From: a virus | Taxonomy: Duplodnaviria; Caudoviricetes | Strand: one strand, 5' to 3' | Virus record (IMG/VR): IMGVR_UViG_2933206877_000003 | Coordinates: 10,092-74,091 of that record | DNA: 64,000 nucleotides | In this document: piece after piece, positions 55,358-63,484 of the stretch | How the letters are laid out: each line of letters starts with the position of its first letter | How positions within the stretch are numbered: position 1 is the first letter of the stretch | Position numbers and translations under genes: made by a program | The notes under the pieces: generated by a model | What the model was told of the DNA's origin: nothing | The model's database searches: none | Seen by the model: the letters and a program-made list of their open reading frames with translations, nothing else

Positions 55358-56526
55358 GTCGGCCTCCGGGGTGGCGCGGTGGCCGTACTCAGCGGGTGCG
55401 CGGGTATCTCCGTGCAGGCCTTGCACGGGGCTCCGGTCCACCGCATGACGCCGTCGTCGCAGTCGGCGAGGCCGCAGCTCGACGCGCGCCGCGCGGGAGG
55501 CTTGAGAGCGGCACCAAGCAGCCACCGTCCCGCGTCACGGATGTCCTCGGTGGACGCATACCGGAACTCCAGGCGAGCCCGCAGTACTTCACCGTCCGCG
55601 CCCTGATTGAGCTGGCGGCCGATGTCCCGCGCAGCCTGCCGGACCACGTATGGCGACAGCCCGGCCAGCAGCGGCTTCACAGGTTCGAGGACTCGCCAGA
55701 TCCGCGGAGCGAGACTCAGCTGCGGTCCCGCGTACGCGCGGCGGAACGTCGGCGGGAGCGCGGGGTTTTCCACAGGCTCTCGCGCTACTACCTGCTCTCG
55801 CCTACGGCGGATGTCCACGGCGGCAGTCGGCGGATCATCGGGTGAGTCAGTCAGGTGGTCTTCCTCATACGCGAGGGATCCCCCGCCAAGATCCCCACCC
55901 GATCCCTCATCAAGATCCGCACTCAGCGGGCCCTGGAGTGGTTCGTCGTGCACGGTGTAGACGTGACGGCCGCGATATCCGGCCCGCCGGTCGACGCTGA
56001 TCCAGCCCAGGTCCTCGAGGACTCGCAGGATGCGGCGCACCGAGCGCGAGTCCAGAGGCTCGCCAGCCTGCTTGCCGGACCGGTGCCGGAGCACGCGGCC
56101 GAGGTCGGTCAGGCTCATGTGGTGTCCGGTCGCCGTGGCGTAGGCGAGAGCGGCGTACGCACGCAGTTGGCGGGGGCTGAGCGCCTCGGCGGCCCGGGTT
56201 GGCACCCAGGCGCCGTGCTCGGCCCGGGAAGGGACCCGGATGCGGCGTACGGCGGTATGTCCGCGCCCGCCGCGGTGGGTGCGTCGGTAGCTGGTGACCT
56301 CGGCGATGTCGTCGTCCGGGGCCGGCCGCATCAGTTCGGTCAGGGCCCGTTCGACGGTGGACCGGGACAGGCCGAGTAGCCCGGCCAGGTAGGCGACCCC
56401 GGCCTCGCAGCCGGTCTCGCGCCGGGAAAGGGCGGCGACCTTCACGTACACGGGCAGCGCGGCATCGGCGTAGTAGCCGACGAGGATGCGCAGCGGTACA
56501 CGGACTCGCTGAGGCATGGGGGTCAC
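55354..56526 (-). CDS. Replication initiator-like protein with two winged-HTH domains
   Basis: LAGLLGLSRSTVERALTEL and SVRRILRVLEDLGWI; internal iteron-like repeats; C-terminal Zn motif. Confidence 0.7.
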   Translation of the reverse strand: MTPMPQRVRVPLRILVGYYADAALPVYVKVAALSRRETGCEAGVAYLAGLLGLSRSTVERALTELMRPAPDDDIAEVTSYRRTHRGGRGHTAVRRIRVPSRAEHGAWVPTRAAEALSPRQLRAYAALAYATATGHHMSLTDLGRVLRHRSGKQAGEPLDSRSVRRILRVLEDLGWISVDRRAGYRGRHVYTVHDEPLQGPLSADLDEGSGGDLGGGSLAYEEDHLTDSPDDPPTAAVDIRRRREQVVAREPVENPALPPTFRRAYAGPQLSLAPRIWRVLEPVKPLLAGLSPYVVRQAARDIGRQLNQGADGEVLRARLEFRYASTEDIRDAGRWLLGAALKPPARRASSCGLADCDDGVMRWTGAPCKACTEIPAHPLSTATAPPRRPT

Positions 56527-56583
56527 CTCCCTTCGGGATCAGGCGGGGTCGGTCATGGACGCCTCATGGGCGCGTCATGTGGG

Positions 56584-56760
56584 TCAGTGGTGCTCGCGGC
56601 GCCCTTGGGGTGGCTCGGCGACCAGGTAGGCGCAGCCAAGCCAGGTAAGGACGACCGCTGCGCCTGCGGTGATGGCAGCGAGCTGGAGGTCCAAGCTCAT
56701 GCCGTAGGTGATGACCCCGGACAGGGCGCCGAGCAGCAGGCCGGCGGCGACGATGGACAT
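56584..56760 (-). CDS. Small two-TM membrane protein
   Basis: Manual translation MSIVAAGLLLGALSG... Confidence 0.55.
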   Translation of the reverse strand: MSIVAAGLLLGALSGVITYGMSLDLQLAAITAGAAVVLTWLGCAYLVAEPPQGRREHH

Positions 56761-57272
56761 CAGTCCTCGCTGTCGTGGTCGCGGGCGGTGTCGAGGACCG
56801 CGGTGAGTCCGTCGGAGAGGGCCTGCATCTCGTGCCGCATCTCGGTCACGGTGAGGTCCGGGCCGCGCATCAGCCGCTGCGCGTACTCCCGCCAGTGCGC
56901 GAGGCCCGCGCGGAGCCGGGCGGTCTCGATGAAGGCGAGCATGCCGCCGGTCAGCCGCAGTGTGGAATCGGCGAGTTCGAGCTGTCCGCCGTCGTCGAAC
57001 GTGCCGTGTGCGGTCCGCTGGAGGTGCAGGAAGCGGAGCGCATCGCGGACGGCGTCCTCCTGCTCTCTGTTGGGCAGCTCCAGGTGCACGATGCGCACCT
57101 TCACCGACGGCTCCTTCTCCGTGCCCGGCGCGGGTTCCGTCCGCTCGATGTGCGCGAACTCGCCGACGAACAGCCGCCGCGCACCGGGCTGGTCGTACAC
57201 GGGCCGCACGTGCGACTCCAGCGCCTCCTGTGCGGACGCCGAAACCTTGGCGTCGAACTTCAACTGGGTCAC
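56760..57272 (-). CDS. Hypothetical protein
   Basis: AAGGAG RBS; coupled. Confidence 0.65.
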   Translation of the reverse strand: MTQLKFDAKVSASAQEALESHVRPVYDQPGARRLFVGEFAHIERTEPAPGTEKEPSVKVRIVHLELPNREQEDAVRDALRFLHLQRTAHGTFDDGGQLELADSTLRLTGGMLAFIETARLRAGLAHWREYAQRLMRGPDLTVTEMRHEMQALSDGLTAVLDTARDHDSED

Positions 57273-57754
57273 GACGTCGTCTCCTTGGGCTGGGTCAGGC
57301 GCCACACGCGGATGACGGCGCCGGGGTGCGAGAGGGTGTCGGCACCGGTGAGCACGTACCGCTTGGCAGCGACCGTGTCGGTCACGACGGAGTCGTCGAG
57401 GAGTACGCCCGCGTCTTTCAAGGCGTCTTGGGTCGAGCGGAGCAGCTTGTCCGTGTCCGGCTTGCCGGTCGGATGCTGCGGAGCGGACGGCTTGACCACG
57501 CCCGCGTTCCGGCCGGTGCCGAAGTGGCTCTTCGACCGGGGCAGCGTGAAGACGACCTCCAGCCGGACGGCCTCACGGAGCGGCTGCCACGCCTCGTCGT
57601 AGGCGAGTGCGTCCAGCGCGGCCGACTTCACGGCCTCGCGCCACGGCTTCACCTTGGCTGACGACTCGTACAGCGCACCGGCGGCATTGCGGTTCTTCGA
57701 GCCCTGCGGGCCCGGGGTGCCGTGCACGGTGATGGAGAAGGCGGGAGCGGTCAC
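57269..57754 (-). CDS. rusA: RusA-family Holliday junction resolvase
   Basis: GTPGPQGSK, KPWR, KPDTDKLLRSTQDAL, DDSVV. Confidence 0.9.
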   Translation of the reverse strand: MTAPAFSITVHGTPGPQGSKNRNAAGALYESSAKVKPWREAVKSAALDALAYDEAWQPLREAVRLEVVFTLPRSKSHFGTGRNAGVVKPSAPQHPTGKPDTDKLLRSTQDALKDAGVLLDDSVVTDTVAAKRYVLTGADTLSHPGAVIRVWRLTQPKETTS

Positions 57755-58110
57755 GGCTGCTCACCGCCGCTCGCGCGCTGGTCCAGCTCGTCGGCGGCCA
57801 TCTGGAAGATTCCGGCCAGCTGAGTGCCGTCCAGGTTGTGCAGCTCCGCCAAGACCCCGCCGGCTCCCCCGGCAGCCAGCAGCACGGTGGCGATGTCGGC
57901 CAGGGGAAGGTCGACGACCGCGGGGATCTCCCGGGCGAGGTGCTCGGCCGCGTGGCCCGCGAACTGGACGCCAGGGTCGTTGGCGTGGCGCCGCCGGTTC
58001 TCGCGGACGGCGTCAAGGATGCCCTGCCGCGTGTAGGTCTCGGCGGTGAAGGCACGCCTGCCTCTCCGTGCCAGTTCGCGGATGACGGCCTCCCGCTCCG
58101 CGCTGCTCAC
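57751..58110 (-). CDS. Hypothetical protein
   Basis: Coupled ORF. Confidence 0.6.
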   Translation of the reverse strand: MSSAEREAVIRELARRGRRAFTAETYTRQGILDAVRENRRRHANDPGVQFAGHAAEHLAREIPAVVDLPLADIATVLLAAGGAGGVLAELHNLDGTQLAGIFQMAADELDQRASGGEQP

Positions 58111-59021
58111 TGCTCTTCACCGCCCTCGGCGTCACGTGCGCCAGAGCCGGGCTGGGCAGCGGCCGGCCAGGATGCGGCGGCCGCCGGGTGCTCGCCATCG
58201 CCGGGCTGGTCGTCGCGGGAGATGACGGTGCCCCGGATGACGGGCGGCACAGTGTGCGCGTCGTCGAGGTCGTCGTCGTGCTGGATCAGCTCGGCCAGCT
58301 CGGTCGACGTGGGCACGACCTTGCGGAGCCGGAGCACCGCACTCTTGGCCCACATGGCGTCGAAGTCGGTGTGCCAGGCCGAGTCCCTTTTGCCGTTGCT
58401 CTCGGCCTTCTTGTACGCCTTGGAGAACTTGTTGCGGATGCCCTCGGCCTGTGACCGGTTCAGGATGATCACCTGGGAGCGGCGGCCGTCGATCCACGCG
58501 AAGGCGTAGGCCAGGATGACCTTCCCTCGCTCCTCGTCGGTGAGGTCCACGCGCGGCTTGTGGTAGAAGTCGCGCGGGCTCGGCTCGGTCGGGGTGTAGT
58601 CCCAGGCGTCGTTCTCCCGAACCCAGCCGAAGTGCACCGAGTCGACGCGCGGGTGTCGGTACATCAGCTCGATGTAGCCCTCGTACATCGGCTGGAAGGT
58701 GGCCACGCCGCTGTAGGGGACGATGGCGGCCTGGCGGCCGTCGGGCTCCAGCCCGAACCGTGCGCAGGCGAGCAGCGCGGTATGGATGGACGCCGGGGTG
58801 CAGTTCTTCAGGTCCTCCATGCGGGCCTGCGCGACGGCCATGAAGTGCGCTCGGTCCACGTGCCGGGGCAAGGCGTCCGTGAAGTAGGTCTCGCGGCGTA
58901 GCAACCACTGTCGGGCGCTGTCGTTCACGGCGAGGTCGGTAACCGGCTGGTGGTCCGGCTGAGGCTCGTCCGCACCGGCGGCGGCCTTCACGCGGTCCTT
59001 CAGGCTGTCGGGCATGGTCAT
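58107..59021 (-). CDS. recT: RecT-family ssDNA annealing protein
   Basis: CTPASI...GLEP...IVPY...YEGYIEL...W.TDFDAMWAKS. Confidence 0.92.
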   Translation of the reverse strand: MTMPDSLKDRVKAAAGADEPQPDHQPVTDLAVNDSARQWLLRRETYFTDALPRHVDRAHFMAVAQARMEDLKNCTPASIHTALLACARFGLEPDGRQAAIVPYSGVATFQPMYEGYIELMYRHPRVDSVHFGWVRENDAWDYTPTEPSPRDFYHKPRVDLTDEERGKVILAYAFAWIDGRRSQVIILNRSQAEGIRNKFSKAYKKAESNGKRDSAWHTDFDAMWAKSAVLRLRKVVPTSTELAELIQHDDDLDDAHTVPPVIRGTVISRDDQPGDGEHPAAAASWPAAAQPGSGARDAEGGEEQ

Positions 59022-60262
59022 CCTTCCGAGGGCACGCGGAGCACGCGGGCCCGGTACTTGCGGTAGGTCTCGGGGTGCTCCTGGGCGAGCCGCTCGGTGT
59101 CGACGGCTGGGACCAGGTGGGTGTACTGGGCGGCGAGGTCCGGCTCGGCGTCGCGTAAGCGAGCGGCAGCGAACTGGCCGTTGCGGCGCCAGGTGTAGGC
59201 CGGGCGGCCGCCGATGGTGGCGACCTCGGCCTCCCCGGCGTTGGCCCGCAGTTGGTTTTCGGCCTCGGTGAGCTGGTCCCCGAGGTAGGCGATCTCTTCC
59301 TTCAGTTCGCGACGGCGCTGCTTCAGGAGCATCGTCTCGACCGGATCGACCTCGACGGTGGCTTCCTCGCGGGTGTCCCACAGCCGGGCGAGCAGCTCGG
59401 CCGTGGCCTGCGAGCCGTCCGGCTTCGGCGGGACGCCGGCGAGTACGTGGTTGTGCCAGAACCGGTCGACGGCGTCGGCGAGCAGGGCGCTCAGTTCCTC
59501 GTCGCGCTCCAGGCGGAACCACGTCAGGTCGTCATCGATGAGACCGGCGACGTACGCGCACCGGTAGCCCGTGACGGTCAGGTACCAGTGGGCCTGGATC
59601 GCGGGCCGATCCGGTGCCTGCTCGCCGTGCCAGCCCTCGATGCGGGCGGAGCGCCAGGTACGGGACTTGCACTCCAGTACGCCCAGCTCGTCACGGGCCT
59701 GGTCGTCGGGCGCGACGGTGAGCCGGTCGGGGTTGGCGATCCAGTGCGGGTGGTCGACATGCTGGAGGGTGCCCGGCGAGTCGATGACCGTAAGACCGGA
59801 GTCCTCGGCGAAGAACTCGGCGACGAGGCCCTCCAGCCGGTGGCCGCGCCGGGCGGCTCTCTCCAGCCGCGCATTGTGGCGCTCTGAGGCCTGGCCGGTC
59901 TTCTCCAGCCAGACATGCAGCGGTCCGCGGTAGGCGTCCATGCCGAGGATGGCGGCCACGTCCGAGCCGCCGGCACCACCGGCCCGCGCTTCACGCCAGG
60001 CTTCCTCGGAGGCTCCAGCGGCGAGCAGTAGCCGCGCGGTCGGGGCGACCGGGTCGGAGACGCGGATGGTCGTCTCTGACCCGGTCGCGGTCCCGGACGG
60101 CGCAGGCAGGGTCTCGGGGGCCGGGGTCAGTCGTCGTGACGGCCCCTCTCCTGCCTTCGTTCCCGTTGCGGCCGCGAGCAGCTCCGCTGCGGGTGGCGTT
60201 GACGCCGTCCGGGAGGTGTGGGACTCGCCCGGAGCAGGCGGGGTCTCAGGTACCGAGTTCAC
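59018..60262 (-). CDS. YqaJ/lambda-exonuclease-family recombination nuclease (repeat-derived N-terminus; start uncertain)
   Basis: GGSDVAAILG, GHRLE, ANPD, LECK, QAHWY. Confidence 0.9.
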   Translation of the reverse strand: MNSVPETPPAPGESHTSRTASTPPAAELLAAATGTKAGEGPSRRLTPAPETLPAPSGTATGSETTIRVSDPVAPTARLLLAAGASEEAWREARAGGAGGSDVAAILGMDAYRGPLHVWLEKTGQASERHNARLERAARRGHRLEGLVAEFFAEDSGLTVIDSPGTLQHVDHPHWIANPDRLTVAPDDQARDELGVLECKSRTWRSARIEGWHGEQAPDRPAIQAHWYLTVTGYRCAYVAGLIDDDLTWFRLERDEELSALLADAVDRFWHNHVLAGVPPKPDGSQATAELLARLWDTREEATVEVDPVETMLLKQRRRELKEEIAYLGDQLTEAENQLRANAGEAEVATIGGRPAYTWRRNGQFAAARLRDAEPDLAAQYTHLVPAVDTERLAQEHPETYRKYRARVLRVPSEG

Positions 60263-60592
60263 TGTGCGGTTCCTCTCCTGCCTTGGATCCCGCTGCGGCC
60301 GTGCTCTGTCCGGCGGCGGGTGACGTTGACTCCGGGCGAGTGGTCTGGGGCCCGTACGGCGCAGGCGGGGTCTCTGGGGCCTCGAAATCGGAAGGCCCCT
60401 CAGCCGCCTTCGCTCCCGCTGCCGTATCTCCCAGACCGGCAGCAGGTGACGTTGACGCCGTACGGGTGGCGGGGGACCCGCCCGGCGCAGGCAGGGTCAC
60501 GGGCGCGGAACGGTGCGCCTCTCCTGCCTTGACCTCCACGGCGGCCGCCCTCCTCAAGGCGGCGGCGGCAGACGGCGTTGACGCCGGACGGG
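60099..60592. repeat. Four degenerate ~126-132 bp tandem repeats with internal hairpins
   Basis: GCAGGCRGGGTC at 60102/60234/60361/60487; GTTGAC at 60198/60325/60451/60577. Confidence 0.85.
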
Positions 60593-60602
60593 TGGTCTTC
60601 AC
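60246..60602 (-). CDS. Low-complexity repeat-derived ORF (may be non-coding)
   Basis: GTG overlaps upstream stop; made of repeat units. Confidence 0.35.
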   Translation of the reverse strand: MKTTRPASTPSAAAALRRAAAVEVKAGEAHRSAPVTLPAPGGSPATRTASTSPAAGLGDTAAGAKAAEGPSDFEAPETPPAPYGPQTTRPESTSPAAGQSTAAAGSKAGEEPHSELGT

Positions 60603-61069
60603 GGCAGCCTCACCGACCGGATGGTGAGGCGGGGGCTGGGCGCGGTGCGGACGTGCTCTGCGACCTCGCGAGTCTGCTCGGCCCAGGATGGGGAGAAGTC
60701 GCGTGGGGTCTGACCGTTGATGGCCTTGAGAACAGCACCATGCACGGTGTCGAGGAAGTCGGTGGGGCGAGGCATGGAGCAGATCTCGGGCAACCCTCGC
60801 GCCGTGCACGTGGGGTCCCATCCGGTGAGGACGATCGGTCCGGCGTACGGCTGGAGACGGGCGCCGAGTGTGATCAGGACGCAGGAGCCGACGACGTTGC
60901 GTGGGTACTGGTCCGGGAAGCGGAGGCCGTCGTCGCTGACCCAGCCGGTGACGGCCAGGCGGGGCAGGTGAACGCGGGCCTTGCCCTCGGTGCCGACGAG
61001 CGCGTCCCAGTCGGGCTGGTCGTCGTGGTCGGTGAGTTCGCCGTCCGACGTGATGAGCGCGTACCGCAT
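60599..61069 (-). CDS. Hypothetical protein
   Basis: GWVSDDGL....RN...QPYAGPIVLTG. Confidence 0.7.
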   Translation of the reverse strand: MRYALITSDGELTDHDDQPDWDALVGTEGKARVHLPRLAVTGWVSDDGLRFPDQYPRNVVGSCVLITLGARLQPYAGPIVLTGWDPTCTARGLPEICSMPRPTDFLDTVHGAVLKAINGQTPRDFSPSWAEQTREVAEHVRTAPSPRLTIRSVRLP

Positions 61070-61440
61070 CAGCGGCCCCCAATCCGGGCCTTGTTGCTGG
61101 GCCGGTTCGCCGCGCGCGGCGCACTGCGGCGGATCTTGTCCGCTCGCACCCAGACGCCCCAGGTAAGACCGGAGTCGTTGTCCCAGTGGACGAAGACCAT
61201 CGGCTGGTCGTGTGCCTTACCGGCCAGGCAGACGGCGCTCGGCTCGCCGGTGAACAGCCCGGGGACGTGCTGGGGCTGATCGACGGCGACGGTGCCCTGG
61301 CGGCCGCAGGCGTGTACGACGCGGGAGCCGACGGGGTGCTGCTCGGCGAGCTCGCGCAGCCGGGCTCGTACGGCGTTGCCCTCCGGTCCCTTTCCGTCGG
61401 GCATCACGGTGCCCCGCCAGTCGAGCGTCAGGGCGCTCAT
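61069..61440 (-). CDS. Hypothetical protein
   Basis: GGAGG RBS. Confidence 0.6.
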   Translation of the reverse strand: MSALTLDWRGTVMPDGKGPEGNAVRARLRELAEQHPVGSRVVHACGRQGTVAVDQPQHVPGLFTGEPSAVCLAGKAHDQPMVFVHWDNDSGLTWGVWVRADKIRRSAPRAANRPSNKARIGGR

Positions 61441-62096
61441 GACGCCTCCAGTTCCAGGGTGGTGGGGGTACCGACGTAGCGGGCGCGGACGCCGTGGGTG
61501 CCGTCGCGGGTGAATGCCTCGGACTCCCAGCGGCCGACCGGGCGGAAGGCCTTGAAGGAGCCCGTCCGGAGGCGGTAGGCGCTCTGCCGGGCTGTCGGGC
61601 CGCTGTCGTAGAAGGCGACTACGCCCCACTCGCCGGGCGTCTCGCGCAGTGCGGCCGCGCGCTCCCGGTAGGTGTTGCGGGCCACGACCCGTGACATGCG
61701 ACGTGGCTGTGCCGGGAGGGTGAGAGCGCCGGTCGGGAACCAGCCGTTCAGGAGGCAGATGGCGATTGCCGTCGCGGTCGAACGGACGCCGAGTCGTCGC
61801 ATGGCCCCTTGCCGGTGCTTCCTCACGGATTTGGGGTCGATGCCGAGCTGCGGGCCGATCCGCTCACAGGTCTCGCCGTTGGTAGTCCTGATGAGGACCT
61901 CCAGCTGCCGACGGGTGAGAGGGCACTCCACGTCGGGGTCCCACTCGGCCAGCACCTGCGGCGACTTGAGCCGGTCGATTTCATCCAGCAGCTGCCGGAC
62001 AACGACCGCGGACGGGTGGCTGGGGTTGCGCTCCACGCTGGTCCGAACGCGGGCGAGGGCGAGTGGACTGAGCGGTTTAGCGGTCACGGCGGTCAC
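61437..62096 (-). CDS. LuxR-type HTH regulator
   Basis: LTRRQLEVL...GET..RIG.QLGI..KSV..H...RRLGV. Confidence 0.85.
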   Translation of the reverse strand: MTAVTAKPLSPLALARVRTSVERNPSHPSAVVVRQLLDEIDRLKSPQVLAEWDPDVECPLTRRQLEVLIRTTNGETCERIGPQLGIDPKSVRKHRQGAMRRLGVRSTATAIAICLLNGWFPTGALTLPAQPRRMSRVVARNTYRERAAALRETPGEWGVVAFYDSGPTARQSAYRLRTGSFKAFRPVGRWESEAFTRDGTHGVRARYVGTPTTLELEAS

Positions 62097-62382
62097 CGCC
62101 CCGTACGCGCTCCAGGTCACGCAGGCGGGCCAGGAGGGAGCGGATCTCGTCCCGCTGTCGGGCGACCTCACCGACGTACCGGGGCAGGGCTTCGCGGGCG
62201 TGGCCCACGAACTGGACGACGGGCAGCTGGTATTCGTCGGACGCCGTCTCCAGGAAGCTGATCGGCCCGACAGCTTCGGGCACGCCGTAGTCGTTGGGGA
62301 TCAGCTCCCAGGGGCCGGCGGGGACGGCCGCGATGTGCTGCTGGGTCAGCTTGAGGTAGTCGTCGGTGAGCGGCTCAGGCAT
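62077..62382 (-). CDS. Hypothetical protein
   Basis: PAGPW...FVGHARE.LP. Confidence 0.6.
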   Translation of the reverse strand: MPEPLTDDYLKLTQQHIAAVPAGPWELIPNDYGVPEAVGPISFLETASDEYQLPVVQFVGHAREALPRYVGEVARQRDEIRSLLARLRDLERVRGGDRRDR

Positions 62383-62659
62383 GGCTGCCGTCCTCGCGCA
62401 CCTTCTGGCGGATGAGTTCCGTCTCCCAGGCGATGCCCAGACTGGCCTTGCCGTCGAGGACGTCGGTCAGGGTGCCGACTACGAGCAGCGCACGCGAGTC
62501 GAGCATCGTGGGCCGCCGGTGACCGGGCGGAACGTCGAGAGCGTCGCGGACGGCCTTCAGCAGGTCGCGGAGATCGTTGCGCTCGATACGTGTGCGGTCG
62601 GCCTCGGCATACGCCAGGGAGTCCGGGGTCAGGGTGGATTGTGGGATGCTGGGACGCAT
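62375..62659 (-). CDS. Hypothetical protein
   Basis: GAGG RBS. Confidence 0.6.
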   Translation of the reverse strand: MRPSIPQSTLTPDSLAYAEADRTRIERNDLRDLLKAVRDALDVPPGHRRPTMLDSRALLVVGTLTDVLDGKASLGIAWETELIRQKVREDGSHA

Positions 62660-62844
62660 CGGGTCCACCTCGTTCCTCTCAAGGTGATGGGTGGTGGGCC
62701 GAGGGCTCGCCGGGTGCACGGCGGGCCCTCAGCACGTTCAGGGCCGCGGGGTTCGGCAGCGGCGGCACTCGAACCGGAAGACCGGATTGCGGTGGCCGCA
62801 TGTGCCGCAGAGCCAGCGGCAGATGATGTCGATGGGGGCGCGCA

Positions 62845-63030
62845 TCAGGCCGCCGCTCTTACTGCCGATGTCGGGGCCGCCGGGTGGCTGAGCAGGATCA
62901 CGAGCCGTGCGATCTCGGTGTCGGTCAGACCGCACTCGGGGCACACACCGGGGTCGGTGTCGTGGTCGCACTTCTCGTCCCAGCCGGCCTGAAAGGCTTC
63001 TTCGGCCGTGCGGCAGATGCGCGCGGACAT
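62845..63030 (-). CDS. Small hypothetical protein
   Basis: Coupled to Cro-like gene. Confidence 0.55.
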   Translation of the reverse strand: MSARICRTAEEAFQAGWDEKCDHDTDPGVCPECGLTDTEIARLVILLSHPAAPTSAVRAAA

Positions 63031-63278
63031 CAGGCGGGCCTCTGCGGCTGGGTCTTGGCGTGGAACTCGGCGTCGTCTTCGGGCAGCAGGTCTGCGATTT
63101 CGCATCCCAGGGCCTCGGCGACCTTGGCGAGAGTTTCGGGGCTGAAGTTCGCCCTGCCGAGCGACACCGCACTCACGAGCTGCTTGGTGACGCCGACCTT
63201 GCGGGCCAGGGCGTTCTGACTCAGTCCCGCTTCCACCCTGCGTCGCGTGAGTCGCCGGGGGTCTATCGGGGTTCTCAT
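63030..63278 (-). CDS. Cro-like XRE HTH regulator
   Basis: GLSQNALARKVGVTKQLVS...LAKVAEALGC. Confidence 0.88.
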   Translation of the reverse strand: MRTPIDPRRLTRRRVEAGLSQNALARKVGVTKQLVSAVSLGRANFSPETLAKVAEALGCEIADLLPEDDAEFHAKTQPQRPA

Positions 63279-63285
63279 GTTCGAG

Positions 63286-63314
63286 ACTGTATGTGACTGA
63301 CTCTGACAGTACAA
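63286..63314 (-). promoter_or_regulatory. Early lytic promoter, probably leaderless cro transcript
   Basis: TTGTAC-17nt-TACAGT, 7 nt before ATG, no RBS. Confidence 0.55.
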
Positions 63315-63484
63315 GCCTTTACTGGTCGGTAACTCGCACATTCTTTGACATTCAGATTCGGCCTCGCACTGGGATCGTCCGAATGTGGGGGTTGTGTGCG
63401 GAGCCCTGTACAGCAGGATTGCCCTGTCCGGTACAGTCCAAGAAAGTCCAACACCGCATATAGAGCAGGCAGGGGCAGACGGGC

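Noticed and set aside
60099-60592. CRISPR array interpretation of the tandem repeats
   Set aside because: Repeats are degenerate and interleaved with hairpins, the period is too long, and no cas genes are present
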